From: Paraspadella gotoi | Taxonomy: Eukaryota; Animalia; Chaetognatha | Reading direction: 5' to 3' | Length of the DNA stretch: 64,000 nt | Assembly (NCBI GenBank): GCA_051294375.1 | Contig: CM119264.1 | Coordinates: 26,632,008-26,696,007 of the forward strand | Shown: one piece after another, positions 38,237 to 60,198 of the stretch | How positions within the stretch are numbered: the first letter of the stretch is position 1 | How the letters are laid out: each line of letters starts with the position of its first letter | Program-made: the position numbers and the translations under genes | The notes under the pieces: model-generated | Databases searched by the model: none | Told to the model about the DNA's origin: nothing | What the model saw: the letters and a program-made list of their open reading frames with translations, nothing else

Positions 38237-39580
38237 CCACTTCTTCAATTACAGTTCGCTTTTCCTATCCTCTTTTTTTTCTTTCTTTCTCTCGAAAATC
38301 AAAAAAAAAAAAAAAAATCTTAAAAAAACTCACACGTCCCGTCCGATAGAGCTCGCGGCACAGAGCCTTAAACCCTTTCCCTTACCCCCGTACCCCCGTA
38401 CCCCAGTCCCCCCTCCGCCCCTCACCCCCTCACCCCCCACGGACCCTCAAACGCCGCCACTTATTCGGGAATCGGAGAATGGAAAAAAAAGAGAAAGGCA
38501 GATTGTGTACCGAGAGCCCTAAATGGAAAGGATGGAACTTGGTGGGGAAAACGCCCGCAGTTATTCAACGTCAAATGCCCTGGGTAAGTTAAATCCGAGA
38601 GGGGGGGGCAGTGGGTGGGAGAGTAGGTGGTAGTGAATGGAAAGAGGAATGAGACATTAAGATGGTATGTTTGAAATTGGTAGAAGCAATAATAAGCTCA
38701 GTTGTCAGTTTGCCCCTGATTTTTAAAACTGGAATATGGTGGTCTAGGGCCTCCATTCCTCTTACAATATACTATTAACATAGCCAGGGACCCTGCAAGC
38801 TGCTAGCAATCTCCGTCTATACGTGAATTTTTTATGGTGACAAGAGGTGCGGGGTCGGGAGAGGAGCGAGGGCTCTAAGGGGCGGAAGGGCCCGAAAAGG
38901 GGTAGGGGCGAAAGTCGTCGGAGTATGGATTCCGTTATGAGATAAGCGATCATTTGGATATTTAGGTCACGGTACAAAGAGTTGGGCCATTAGCGAATAA
39001 AGGGGAGCTAAAACGATTTTTTAGAATCAGGACCGAGAAGGGGGGCATAGCGTGTGAGATGGGAAGTTCGAAATCGCGGGAGAAAATCTCTGGGTGAATG
39101 TTTTTTTTAGACACGATATTCTTAGTTTGCTATTTCTTTATTTTCTTTAGTTTTTATTTTGACGGTTTATTTTAATATTTTTACTAACTAATAAACTATA
39201 AACAAAGAAGTTATAATTTACGTTGTTCTACATTATTACATTATTTTATTAATAAATAGTTATCAAAAATTAAAATATTTTTTAAAGAAACGCATCAAAG
39301 TTCCATAACATTGTAAACCTATCGAAGATATTTCAGAGACCCAGGAGTTGTGTGAAACGGTCGTAAAAAACAAGTGAGTGAACAACTCTAAATTCTTTTA
39401 AAATTCTGTGATAAACTGAAAGATTTTAAAGAGAAAAAGAAAAAAAAAGATTAAGAAGAAAAAAAACACGAATCTTAATCTACGTTTGTTGGAGTCGATT
39501 TATCGGCAGACGCGTTTGGAAAGTCGCCAACTGAGAAACGTGGAATTGTGGGAAAACCAATAAAGTGGAAAATTGTTTAG

Positions 39581-39882
39581 GGCGGCGGGACGAAGATGGG
39601 CGCCGGCGCCGGATATGGCACGGGAGGACGGGATCGTCGATGGCACGGAAGATGGAGCAGCAAGATGGCGCGGACTCAAGACGGTGCTGTACAGGCAGAG
39701 AATGGAACGGCGGAAAAACCCGCATTCGCCGCCGCACCAAAACCATCATCACAGGCTCCGCCAAAAACCAACGCCACAGGCTTCGTTTGCACATTCGCCA
39801 TGTCCACAGCCCTCACCACAGCCCTCACCGCAGGCATTCGCCACAGCATTCGCCACAGCCTTCTCCAGATGGATGCCTTTAA
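39581..39882 (+). CDS. Possible terminal exon encoding an acidic/Gly-rich then Pro-Ser-Gln-rich tail (copies at 48264-48561 and ~53251-53541, minus strand)
   Basis: GC-rich island preceded by an acceptor-like ttgtttag. My by-eye consensus of the three noisy copies reads roughly AADEDGAGAGYGTGDGIVDGTEDGAADGADSDGAVQAENGTAEKPAFAAAPKPSSQAPPKPTPQASSAHSPCPQPSPQPSPQHSPQHSPQPSPDGCL*. Each single copy is frameshifted and no upstream exon was identified. Confidence 0.35.
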
Positions 39883-40014
39883 CGCCTCGGAATATTGGAA
39901 AGATCTGTCAACCTCGTTTTCGAAGGAAAATCGTTTCTTCCGAGTAGAACCATAAAAGGAAAGTCGCGGAAGTGGGGGGGAGAGGGGGAGAGAGGGGAGG
40001 GAGAGGGAGGGAGG

Positions 40015-40045
<31 letters not shown>

Positions 40046-42928
40046 AGGGAGAGGGAGAGAGAGAGAAGAGAGAGAGAGAAAGAGAGACTGAAAGAAAAAT
40101 AAAAAAAAGAAAAATAAAGAAAAAAAAAGAATAAAAGAAAGAAAGAAAGAAAAAAAAGAAAAGAGAGAGAGAGAATCGAGTCCGTATATGCGGCCCACCA
40201 CGCTTAAGAGCGGACCGAAACCGTTTCGTACAGAAAGACCCGCGAAAAAAAAAAGCCTCATGAATAAAAAATCCTCGTTTACGCTTTTTTTTCTTTTTCT
40301 ACTTTTTTTTCTTCTTTTTTTTTCCTTTCTTGAAATCATAGAAATCACAACCGACCCACTCCAGAGTCACTTGACCCTTTCAACTGCTCACTCACCACTC
40401 GGTCTTGACCCTTTTTGCTGCCGAGTGTCCACTCCAACAAACTTTAAAAACCCTTACCTGCCCAGTGCCCACTTTCCCAATCACTCTCCTATCGCCGGTT
40501 TCACTTACCAATCGTTTTCATTAGATTCTCTCTCCATTCGCTTAACCTTTCCCTTTTTCCCCTCTCCCTCACATAACCCCCGTATTCGCCACCCCACCCC
40601 CTCCTTTTTACCCCCTTATCCCATCATTTCCGGAATTCGCAATGCTGACTTCTATCCCTCAACCCCCCCCCCCACCGCCCCCGTATGCAACTGAAAAAGG
40701 GGCGGATGACCGGATGTGGGGGAGCAAAATGACCGGAGGAGGGCGGCCAAAGAATCAAGGACGACGATGTCGTTGGGAGGACGACGGACGAACGACGACG
40801 ACGACGATTTATGATGACAATCTCAATGATGACGACGAAGCGTCTTAATCGATGATTAATATGTTTAAATCTTGTCATTTCGATGACAATGACAATAACG
40901 GGGATATTGATGACAATGAACTACTTTTGTCGATTACCGGACGACTGCAACGACAATAGGATGATGATCATTACATCGAAAAGGAAAGACAAAAACGACG
41001 AAGACGAACGCGACGAAGATCGTAACGTTTTTTGGGTTCAGAGTGGAGACCTAGAGGTATTGGATGTCACGGGGTTTAAGGAATTTTACTTTCACCTGGT
41101 TTGAAATACAATAAAAATTCAATTAAAACAAAGGCACTAACGTTTAAAATGGGAATCATTAATAAAATGTTTATGAACTATAAAAAAATAACGTTTAAGA
41201 ACGTTTCATAATTTTAAGGGGAAGCTGAAGCGAATGTAATATAATAATAATCGAAAATTTCCTGGATTCGTCACAATTGATCGACGCTTCAGCTGTGATT
41301 CTCACTTAAAAATCATCATCTTCCACGTTGATATTCGGTGAAAGCGCTTTCATCCTTCCTGAATTCTCAATGAGTCCGATTTTCAACGCTATTAGTTCGA
41401 AATCCTAAGCTGGAGGTGAATAATTTAAAAAAAAATATGACGGGAAAAACTATAATATGCAAATTATATTAAAGGAATTTTTATTCTGCGTCTCCTCGCG
41501 TCAGCCCTCATACTTTGACGTTAAAGCTGGTCGAAACCACGAATGCGATGATAAATTGCGGACGACGACGACGACGACGACGGACGACGACGACCGTGAA
41601 CAACGACCCATGTTAATCACGAAAGCCATCTATCCTCCACATCTGAACAGATGCAAAGATACCGACTATAAAAATCGCTGGGGACGACGACGCCAACAAC
41701 GACGACCCAAATTGACGACGACGGGGATGCGTTTGACCAAGATAGAAAGTCTCCCATTTTGTATGTGAGGAGCAGAGGGGCAGATGATATGAAATATTCA
41801 ATTAACCTCAAAACAATAATATAATTTTTATAAACAAAAAAATGTTTTCTTAGACGTTCTTTTAAACGTCATCACGGAATACATTGAGAATATTTATATT
41901 TTACTTATAATATCATTAAGGAATTACTAATAAATGCAAAAAAAAATATTCGTTAATAATTTTTTTTCTCATTATTACACTGGATGATAGCATAGAAATG
42001 TATGCTTGAAATATTGACAAAAAAAAAAAAATTGCATTTATGCATTTATGTAATCCTTTAATGAAAATGTGTTTAGTATAACGTCGCAAGTATTGCAACC
42101 GTCAATCCCGTCATCGTCATCGTCCGTCGTCGCCCTTTGTCATTGCCATTTTTGTCCGTTTGTCATCATCATCATCATCATCATCGTCGTCATCATCATC
42201 ATCTTCGTCGTCGTTGTCGTCGTCGTCCGTCGTTGTTGTCGTCGTCGATAATTTTCAATTTCTCTTTTGTTTCGTCTCCGTTGTTCGAAAGCAACGAAGC
42301 AGAAATTCGATTCCCAGTTTTCTTCCTTATTTGGTTCCGCCAATTCATATATTAATGACCCTTTTAATTGTTTTATATTTTATTTATTAATGACCCTTTT
42401 TAATTGTTTCATCTCTCATTAAAACTTTTTCTCCTTTTTATCATCAATTATGGATGCGACGGGGAAATGAAGATTCTCGAAGCGAAGAAAAACCAAAAGC
42501 GAAACACAAACAGATTTTCAGTAAAACATGTGAACAAATAAAAATGAAAAAACATATTTTAATTTTATTTTTTTTTTATAGTATGAAATTGGTACAACCC
42601 AATATAAAAAAATTATCCATTCATTTAATAAATAAGCTATCTTGCCCCTGACTTTGGAACAGGCTTTGGTGGTTTTAAGGCCTCCATCACTCATACAAGA
42701 TAATGACATAGCAGGTCCCTGCAAGCTTTCAATCAAGACTCTCTCACAGTCTCGTTTATTCACTCCAGAGTACTTGGCTTCCCTATCAATGAAGTGGTAT
42801 AATATTTTCAAAGAATGTTTTCAATTGTATGAAAAGACCACTCCCTTAGGGGAATACTTATTGTAACTCCGCACTAGTATATTCTTTTTTATATTTAATA
42901 ATACTCGCCTTTTTTCTAGAAACATTTA

Positions 42929-43561
42929 CTATCTAGGAAAAAAAGTTAGAAAACATTTTTTTTTAAAAGTTCATTTATTCAATAAAATATACCAAAAACA
43001 TGGGTAAAAACATTCTCAATATTTGGTATGCCCTCCCTCGGCATCGACCACTGCCTGCATTCGTCTGGGCATGCTCTCGTAAAGCGAATTGAGGTACGAA
43101 GGTGAAATGTATCGCCGTAAAAAAAATTTTGCAATGGTGGAACGAGGGATTCCAAGTCTATTTGCTGATGAATTGTTTGCGTCTTTCCCTCTTTTTCTCA
43201 GAGCTTACAATTGCACCTTTATGAAACCAAAGAGAGGGGCTGTTCTATTCGGCATAAACCAAATTTAAAAAAAATGAAAAAAAATAACTAACTCAATTTG
43301 AAATAGAAACAAATTAACTCAATACCAAGAATTGTGGAAAACTAAAGGCGATTTTTTTCCGCCATTTTTCACTTGAGGTAGCAATCTTATTTTTGCCTCT
43401 AACTTTCTATACGGTTGGATCTATGAAAAAAAATGGAAGGAAGCAAACTGAAAGAAAAATTTAGTGTAGAATCTGAAAACATCCTGATTTTTTAAAAATC
43501 GAGCAAGTTTTCGAGTAGATATCCTCAATTAAAAATGTTTTCTAACTTTTTTCCTGGATAG
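42929..43561 (-). mobile_element. Non-autonomous, internally deleted Tc1/mariner DNA transposon (633 bp)
   Basis: TIRs of ~31 bp: CTATCTAGGAAAAAAAGTTAGAAAACATTTTT from 42929 and AAAAATGTTTTCTAACTTTTTTCCTGGATAG ending 43561. Flanking TA at 42927-42928 and 43562-43563. Transposase remnants lie inside, and the homologous arm has an empty site with a single TA near 45169. Confidence 0.92.
43016..43255 (-). pseudogene. Tc1 transposase remnant: N-terminal HTH joined to the C-terminal tail, catalytic DDE domain deleted
   Basis: Manual translation: MPNRTAPLFGFIKVQL*ALRKRGKDANNSSANRLGIPRSTIAKFFLRRY-ISPSYLNSLYESMPRRMQAVVDAEGGHTKY*. ANRLGIPRSTI fits the Tc1 paired-like HTH, and SMPRRMQAVVDAEGGHTKY is the typical Tc1 C-terminus. 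Confidence 0.88.
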
Positions 43562-43990
43562 TAGAAAGAAAATAAACCGGCTTAGTTTCTCCCATTGCTC
43601 TTTTTTTTTTTTGCAGTATTTTCTTGCCTTCCAAATTCTCCCCATCGCGGATTGTTATTTTCGTCAGGTCGCTAACCTTAGAACAAACAAAACTCTCACT
43701 GAAACTAAGGACGCGGTGATTTCGAACTGTGGAAAATGGGAGGGGGGTTAAAGTCTGCTTTTACTTTTCGATATATCGACGTCGATCGTGGAATTAATGG
43801 CAGGTTTCATTCTTCATATATGTTTAATAATCATATCATTTTATACTAGAGACGGACCGACTGAACAACCGACCAAAAATCCTTTTTCCCTTTCGCGTCA
43901 CGAATTTTGCTTTTTTCCATTTTTTAACAACGAAAAATTGTCTAGACTTTTTTGGTCCGAAGAATTTTCGCTTGCTTTTCTTCGTCTCTG

Positions 43991-44109
<119 letters not shown>

Positions 44110-44417
44110 ATTTTTGACACCTTTTAAAGTGGCTTTTGGAAAGAAAAAAGAATTTTCCATTTTATAATTTTGAAATTTATGAAATTTGAAAACTAAAAAA
44201 TAGAAATTGCTTGAGAAAAAAAAAATAAAATGTTTTGGGAAAACAAATTAAAAAAAAAAAATCGATTTTAGTTTCTTATTTTTTTTTTCATTTTCAAAAA
44301 AAAAAAAAAAAAAAATGGTGGGGAGTTGGACAGCAGGGTTTGGTGAAACTTTTTTCTTCTTTTGTAGCCCAAACGTATTTCGGCGGAAGGGATTTTATTA
44401 CTTCGTGTCCAACGAAG

Positions 44418-44442
44418 NNNNNNNNNNNNNNNNNNNNNNNNN
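44418..44442. other. 25-N assembly gap at the centre of the inverted duplication (other 25-N gaps at 47998-48022 and 63509-63533)
   Basis: N runs counted directly. Confidence 0.97.
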
Positions 44443-53175
<8,733 letters not shown>

Positions 53176-54849
53176 TCCTTTATGGTTCTACTCGGAAGAA
53201 ACGATTTCCTTCGAAAACGAGGTTGACAGATCTTCCAATATTCCGAGGCGTTAAAGGCATCCATCTGGAGAAGGCTGTGGCGAATGCTGTGGCGAATGCT
53301 GCGGTGAGGGCTGTGGTGAGGGCTGTGGACATGGCGAATGTGCGACGAAGCCTGTGGCGTTGGTTTGGCGGAGCCTGTGATGATGGTTTGGTGCGGCGGC
53401 GAATGCGGGTTTTCGCCGTTCCATTCTCTGCCTGTACAGCACCGTCTGAGTCCGCGCCATCTGCTGCTCCATCTTCCGTGCCATCGACGATCCCGTCTCC
53501 CGTGCCATATCCGGCGCCGGCGCCATCTTCGTCCGCCGCCTAACAATTTCCACTTTATTGGTTTCCCACAATTCACGTTTCTCAGTTGGCGACTTTCAAA
53601 CGCGTCTGCCGATAAATCGACTCCAACAAAAACGTAGATTAAGATTCGTGTTTTTTTTCTCTTAATCTTTTTTTTTCTTTTTCTCTTTAAAATCTTTCAA
53701 GTTTATCACCGAATTTTAAAAGAAATTTAGAGTTGTTCACTCACTTGTTTTTACGACCGTTTCACACAACTCCTGGGTCTCTGAAATATCTCGATAGGTT
53801 TACAATGTTATGGAACTTTGATGCGTTTCTTTAAAATATTTTAATTTTGATAACTATTTATTAATAAAATAATGTAATAATGTAGAACAACGTAAATTAT
53901 AACTCTTTGTTTATAGTTATTAGTTAGTAAAATATTAAAATAACCGTCAAAATAAAACTAAAGAAAATAAAGAAATAGCAACTAAGAATATCGTGTCTAA
54001 AAAAACATTCACCCAGAGATTTTCTCCCGCGATTCGAACTTCCCATCTCACACGCTATGCCCCCTTCTCGGTCCTGATTCTAAAAAATCGTTTAGCTCCC
54101 CTTTATTCGCTAATGGCCCAACTCTTTGTACCGTGACCTAAATATCCAAATGATCGCTTATCTCATAACGGATCCATACTCCGACGACTTTCGCCCCCTA
54201 CCCCTTTTCGGGCCCTTCCGCCCTTAGAGCCTCGCTCCTCTCCCGACCCCCGCACCTCTTGTCACCATAAAAATTCACGTATAGACGGAGATTGCTAGCA
54301 GCTTGCAGGGTCCTGCTATGTTAATAGTATATTGTAAGAGGAATGGAGGCCCTAGACCACCATATCCAGTTTAAAATCAGGGGCAACTGACAACTGAGCT
54401 TATTATTGCTTCTACCAATTTCAAACATACCATCTTAATGTCTCATTCCTCTTTCCATTCACTACCACCTACTCTCCCACCCACTGCCCCCCCCCTCTCG
54501 GATTTAACTTACCCAGGGCATTTGACGTTGAATAACTGCGGCGTTTTCCCCACCAAGTTCCATCCCTTTCCATTTAGGCTCTCGGTACACATCTGCCTTT
54601 CTCTTTTTTTCCATTCTCCGATTCCCGAATAAGTGGCGGCGTTGAGGGTCCGTGGGGGGTGAGGGGGTGAGGGGCGGAGGGGGGACTGGGGTACGGGGGT
54701 ACGGGGGTAAGGGAAAGGGTTTAAGGCTCTGTGCCGCGAGCTCTATCGGACGGGACGTGTGAGTTTTTTAAGATTTTTTTTTTTTTTTTGATTTTCGAGA
54801 GAAAGAAAGAAAAAAAAGAGGATAGGAAAAGCGAACTGTAATTGAAGAG

Positions 54850-54925
<76 letters not shown>

Positions 54926-57900
54926 TTGAATGGAAAATTGAGAGGAGTGATCTCGAATTGTGTGTGAGGAGAGAGGAAAGGAGATGCATGTGATTCATGT
55001 AAGGAAAGTGATAAGAACATTACCAGTGAAAATAACGAATGATGAGAGATGGTGTGAATCTGGTTTGAGTGAGGAGAAATGTGGAGGAGTAAAAAGGAGT
55101 GATGGGAGGAGTGGAGAGGAGTGATTGGAGGATTTGAAGTAGAAGATGATGAGTGAGGCGCTGGGAGAGGAGCTGATCGTGAATAACGGAGTGAAGAGGA
55201 AGTGCATAGAAGGAGTGGAAAAGGAGTGATGGGAGGAGTGAAGAGAGAGTGATAGAAGGAGTTGAGAAGGAGAGATGGGAGGAGGAAGAAAGTGATAGAA
55301 GGAGTAGAGAGAGAGTTGAATAGAAGGAGTGAAGAGAAGTGATAGAAGGAGTGGAGAGGAGTGATGGGAGGAGTGAAGAGAAGTGATAGAAGGAGTGGAG
55401 AGGAGTGATAGAAGGAGTGAAGAGTTTGGAAAGAGAAATGAGAGACGCGGATATCGATCTTTCTTTCTTTTTTTTTCTTTTTTTTTTGCGACTGACAGTT
55501 TTCGTTTCTTCTTTTTTTCTTTCTTTTTTTCTCTGGAGAAGAAAAAAGAGGAGTTGGAGGAGGAGGAGGAGGAGACAGAATTATATAAGTTATATAAGAA
55601 TTATGTAAGTTTCAAATAACTAATTAATAGTTATTTTTAATCTAAAGAAATAAATAAAAAAAAAAATAGTGAAACAAGTAATTTTGCAACTGTCATAAAC
55701 TTCAAAGTTTATTCACCAGGAATTGAATACATCGCCAGGAAAAGTCGATTCTGATGAACGCATCTTATTGCGTTGGCAAAGAACATCCTACTTTTTGCAG
55801 TGAGAAATTTTCAGAAAAACATAAACATAAATTTTATCGAATTGAAATTTAAAGTTATGAAACTAATGTTAGATCATAAATTTTCATAGAAGCGCATCAA
55901 GAATTCTTTTCATAAAAATGCGCACAAATCCTTTTGCGTGCGTTGCACACCCAGGATGCCCGGTTTCATAAAATTGCACACTAATCCTTTTGCGTGCGTT
56001 TCTCACCCAGGACGCCTGGTTTCACGTCCTCCTCGCTCAGTTATGTGAGACTCACTCTCGACGCGCGTATGTGAATTTACGACTTTCGTCGCCTCCTTTT
56101 ACGTTTCTCCAGTTTCACTTCACGAGTCTTAATCTTCACCGCGACGCCATTGTGATCGTCTTCCTCTCTCTTTACTTCTCTTTTTTGACTTTGAGTTTTC
56201 TTTTCTTCCTCTCGTTACTTCTCTTTTCGACTTTACGATAATCTTTTTATTTTCTTACGTTCTTTACTTCTCTTTTTGACTTTCTCTTTTCATTGTTTCT
56301 CTTTTTGTCTTTTTGATAGTCTTTATTTCCCTCCCTATCTTTACTTTTCCTTTCTTCTTCTCTAGACTTATCTTTCCTTCTTCTCTCTTTTTTTTTCTTT
56401 TCGTATTTTTCTCCTTTCTCAGCTTTCCTTTCTTTCCTTTCTTACTCACAATGGATCCAAACGCTCCTTCATTTAATCTTTTATCCTCGAGATCTTTCTC
56501 TCTCATTGATATTTTCAATCACTTCCCTCACATAAGTTCTCTTACTTACTTTTGATGCGTCTAATGTACTTTTTTTCGGCCTTTTATTTCATTCATTCTT
56601 CAATTCGCTTTCTTCAATTGCATATCAATTCTTTTTTTTTTCTTTTTTTCACGGATTCACTTTTTTTCTTTATCAATTTTTTCTCCTTTCTTCTTTTTTT
56701 TTCAATTTCTTTCTTTAATCTTTATTTCCTATCTATCGGTTTCTTCGAGTCTCTTTTTTCTCCCAATCCTCTCTCCCTCTTTCTCTCACTCCCCCCTCTC
56801 TCCTCTCTCCCTCATGATTACTTTTTCACTTAACTCCTCTCACGATCCTTAACTCATCTTTCTCGTTCTCCTAATCCCAACGCGTCCGTCCGTCCGTCCG
56901 TTCGTCCGTCTCGATCCGATTGAGATTTCGAAACCCAAACATCATCGCTCGCGCGCGAACAAAATAAAAAAATCTCTCACCCGAAGCTGCGCAGCCACTC
57001 GAGTCTTGAGTCTTGAATCTTGAATATGAGTTTCGTACCCTTAAATCACCCGACCGACGGGTAACAGATTTCTCTGTTTCTTAATATCTACCCAACTCCT
57101 CATTCTCTCACTTCCCCCCGCCCCCCCCCCTCGACCAAGCCCCCTTCCAGAGCTCGAAATCAAATGTCTTTCTAAATTCTGTCTTCGGATTTTGACATCG
57201 CCCATCCGCCGACTGCGCAGCCAGTCGAACGGAGCAGCTTTCTTCAACATTCACCGCAGCTCTCACCAGTTTCGCTTGTATTCCACCCCCTTTTTAAACA
57301 CGTCTACACCCAAACGTCAGCCGCACGCTCCAAACATGCAGCCGCTATGCTCTCTTACTTACCCACCCAAAGACAGCCTTCCTCACCAAAAACCCAACCC
57401 ACCCCTAGCCCTCCCCACCCGCACCCCAGCCCCGGAGCGTCTGTTCTGGCGACGAGGGAGCCTCATTTATTTTCCTGCCATTTTTCTCGCTCGCAAAGAG
57501 AGAAAAGCTGCTCTCGTCCCCAGCGTATTTACTATTTATACATCGGGCAAATTAACGTTTACACCAGCGCCTACAATATTTTTTCATGGCTTTTCTTTCC
57601 GAGCGAGTAAACTTTCTCATTGAGCCAATTAGTAGCCGTTTAATTGGCTTAATTGCGAAATTCATAGCCTAGTTCCGAATTTTAGTTAAAATTTATAAAG
57701 GAAAGAGGAAGTGTTGTCGTTGTTCGCTCAAAATTACCCTCACGAGCACCCAAGCCTAGAAACGGTTCATCTCTCCCGGACGGCAAATAATGTGAATTTA
57801 AAGAGCCTAAAATGTAAATATATAAAGAGGTTAATGTAACGATTTACCGTCGATAATAAACTCTTTATTCACGCTCGTTCTCTCACGCGATCGACGGCGA

Positions 57901-57997
57901 AGACCCCGGATCTCGCTCCAAAATCGCTGTGCCGTAAAACCACACAGTGATTATTTCGTCCTAACGAAATCGTAACGTCGTCGTTATTAGAAATGAA

Positions 57998-58037
<40 letters not shown>

Positions 58038-58137
58038 AGTCGCTATTAGTTAAGAAAACCGTTCTCGCTTCACGCAGAGATTTTTTCTCTCTCACGCTCA
58101 CACAATCTTCTCCGGTTCACACAATCCATCCAGTCTT
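53176..58137 (-). repeat. Third copy (~5 kb) of segment 34895-39960, in tandem with 48187-53175
   Basis: At ~53176 the sequence jumps back to tcctttatggttctactcgg, as at ~48187, and repeats through to cacaatccatcc at ~58130. Confidence 0.93.
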
Positions 58138-58204
58138 CACGATCGGTTTCCTTCGCCCGTTTTTTTGCGGAGGGAATCATCGCGTCCCATTTCGCTTCGC
58201 GTTC

Positions 58205-58270
58205 GGGCGGAAGAAGCGAGAGTCACGTGACCGGGTAATTGCCCAGCGTCTCCCAGCGCCATCTGCCAAC
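58205..58270. promoter_or_regulatory. Promoter-like motif cluster
   Basis: GGGCGG, the palindromic E-box GTCACGTGAC (58222-58231) and CAGCGCCATCTG (58254-58265) lie in a CpG-rich patch. No linked gene found. Confidence 0.25.
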
Positions 58271-60117
58271 GTCGTCTGAATTTGTTTTTTTATTTGCTTT
58301 TTGAAAAGACGCGCCTCTCTTCACGGGTCATTCCGCCTTCCTGTCCGTTTTTTTTTCCCGTAACTTTATTTGCCGCCGTCCTCTGTTGCTTTTATGTTTG
58401 CCGTTCGTTCTCAGCTGCATCTGCCCGCATCGTCTGCTTTTGCTTTTATAAACTCCTTTCTTTGTTGCTTCGTCGGTCGGCTTGGCTTACGGACGCTCTA
58501 ATCATCTGCCTTAGACTTAATATATCACATGTATGTTCACCGTTGAAAATCTTCCAAATTTTTTTTTTAGAAGTTTGTGTTTTATTAAAACTTTTTATTC
58601 CAATTTTAATTTTTGGTGGCTTAAAACCCTTCATCTTCTTACATTATTAGAAATCAATTGTCAGTTATAAGTTTCGGCTATCAGCTAATTCTTAACAAAA
58701 GCAGAACCTAATCTTCAAATAAATTCGTTTCCTATACTCGCTCACAACTTTCCTTTTTCATTCTTATTTCAAATCTTCTTTCTTTTTCTCCTTTTATAAG
58801 CTTCATTCCATTTCTCCCTTTCCCTCAAAAAGTCCTTGAGGGTTGAACGACCCGTCCCAGTCATCATCTCTTTTATTTTTTCACTCCTTTCACCCTTTGG
58901 CTAATATCATCAACATTCTCCGCCTCATCATTTTCCTCCTCCTCCTCCTCCTCTTCCTTTTCCTACTCCATCATTTCCTTCCATCCCCTTTCTCTCCCCC
59001 CCTCTATCTCCCTCCCCATCTCTCTTTCTCTCTTCTTTCACATATCGCACGTTGTTCGCCCACTTATGCTCGATCCTTTACTCGAGCGTAGGATAATCCC
59101 TTTTCCCATTTTTCCCACGATGAAAACGATTTTTAGTTTCCTCCCTCCAGCCTCGTTCCTACTTTCCTTTTCCTCCTCGACACAAGCCCGGTTTTCTCGA
59201 ATAATCTTTCCTACTCTTTTCTTTTTCCTACCTTTTTTATTACACGCCCCGCTCTCGTTTCCTCTCTTTTCCTTTTCTAATCCGACTAGTTTTTTCGATC
59301 TCCCTATTTTTCTTTCACCTTTCACAAGCAACATCCCTGACAAGCTCTTCCCTCCTTTCATTTTTGCTCAGTCTTTATCCTTTTTCCTTTCTGTCACACC
59401 CTCTATATTTTTCCTTTCCTACCACCCCCCCTCTCATCCATCCCGCTCTCCCACCCCCTCGCGTTGAGCGCCATCCGCAAATGACGTTTCCTTTTGTATC
59501 CTCGAGAAACAAAAGATCAGCTCTCGATTCTCAACGCGAAAAACAAAACGAGTTCGAACTTCGAACCCGAACGAGCGAACCTGCCCTCCAGCATGCCAAC
59601 CGAACGTGGAGCCAGTTTGCCATCCAAATCATGAAGACCGTCCCAATGAATTGAAGCGCATGGTTTGCCACTTCAATGAGACAAAGCTCTGCCAGTTGCA
59701 TGCCAGTTGCCAACAGAGTAATCTAGACTAGAGGACAGAACCCAAAAACCAGTCACCAAAATTCCCAAAAACAACCCGGTCCAATGATTCACGCTCAATT
59801 CGAAAAAAAAAAATTCATTAGTAAGGGAAATACTCCGTGGTTATTTTTATTTGCGGTTCCACCAGAGACACAAAAACATTTTCCTCCCGCCCATTTTCCA
59901 TTAGGGCAAAACCCTTTCGACACCCCCTTGCACCCAAAATCGCCTCCTTTAATGGCCACCCTATTCCGCTCTACCACTCCGCGAGGGATGTTGAGTGAGA
60001 GAGTCTGCATCATAAATCCATTATGAAAAGATTTCCGACGACCCAGAAGCCGAGGCCCTTCCGGCGAGGTTGCCGACGAACGACGAATCCCGGCCCCGGA
60101 CGCCGTTTCCGGTTCGG

Positions 60118-60198
<81 letters not shown>

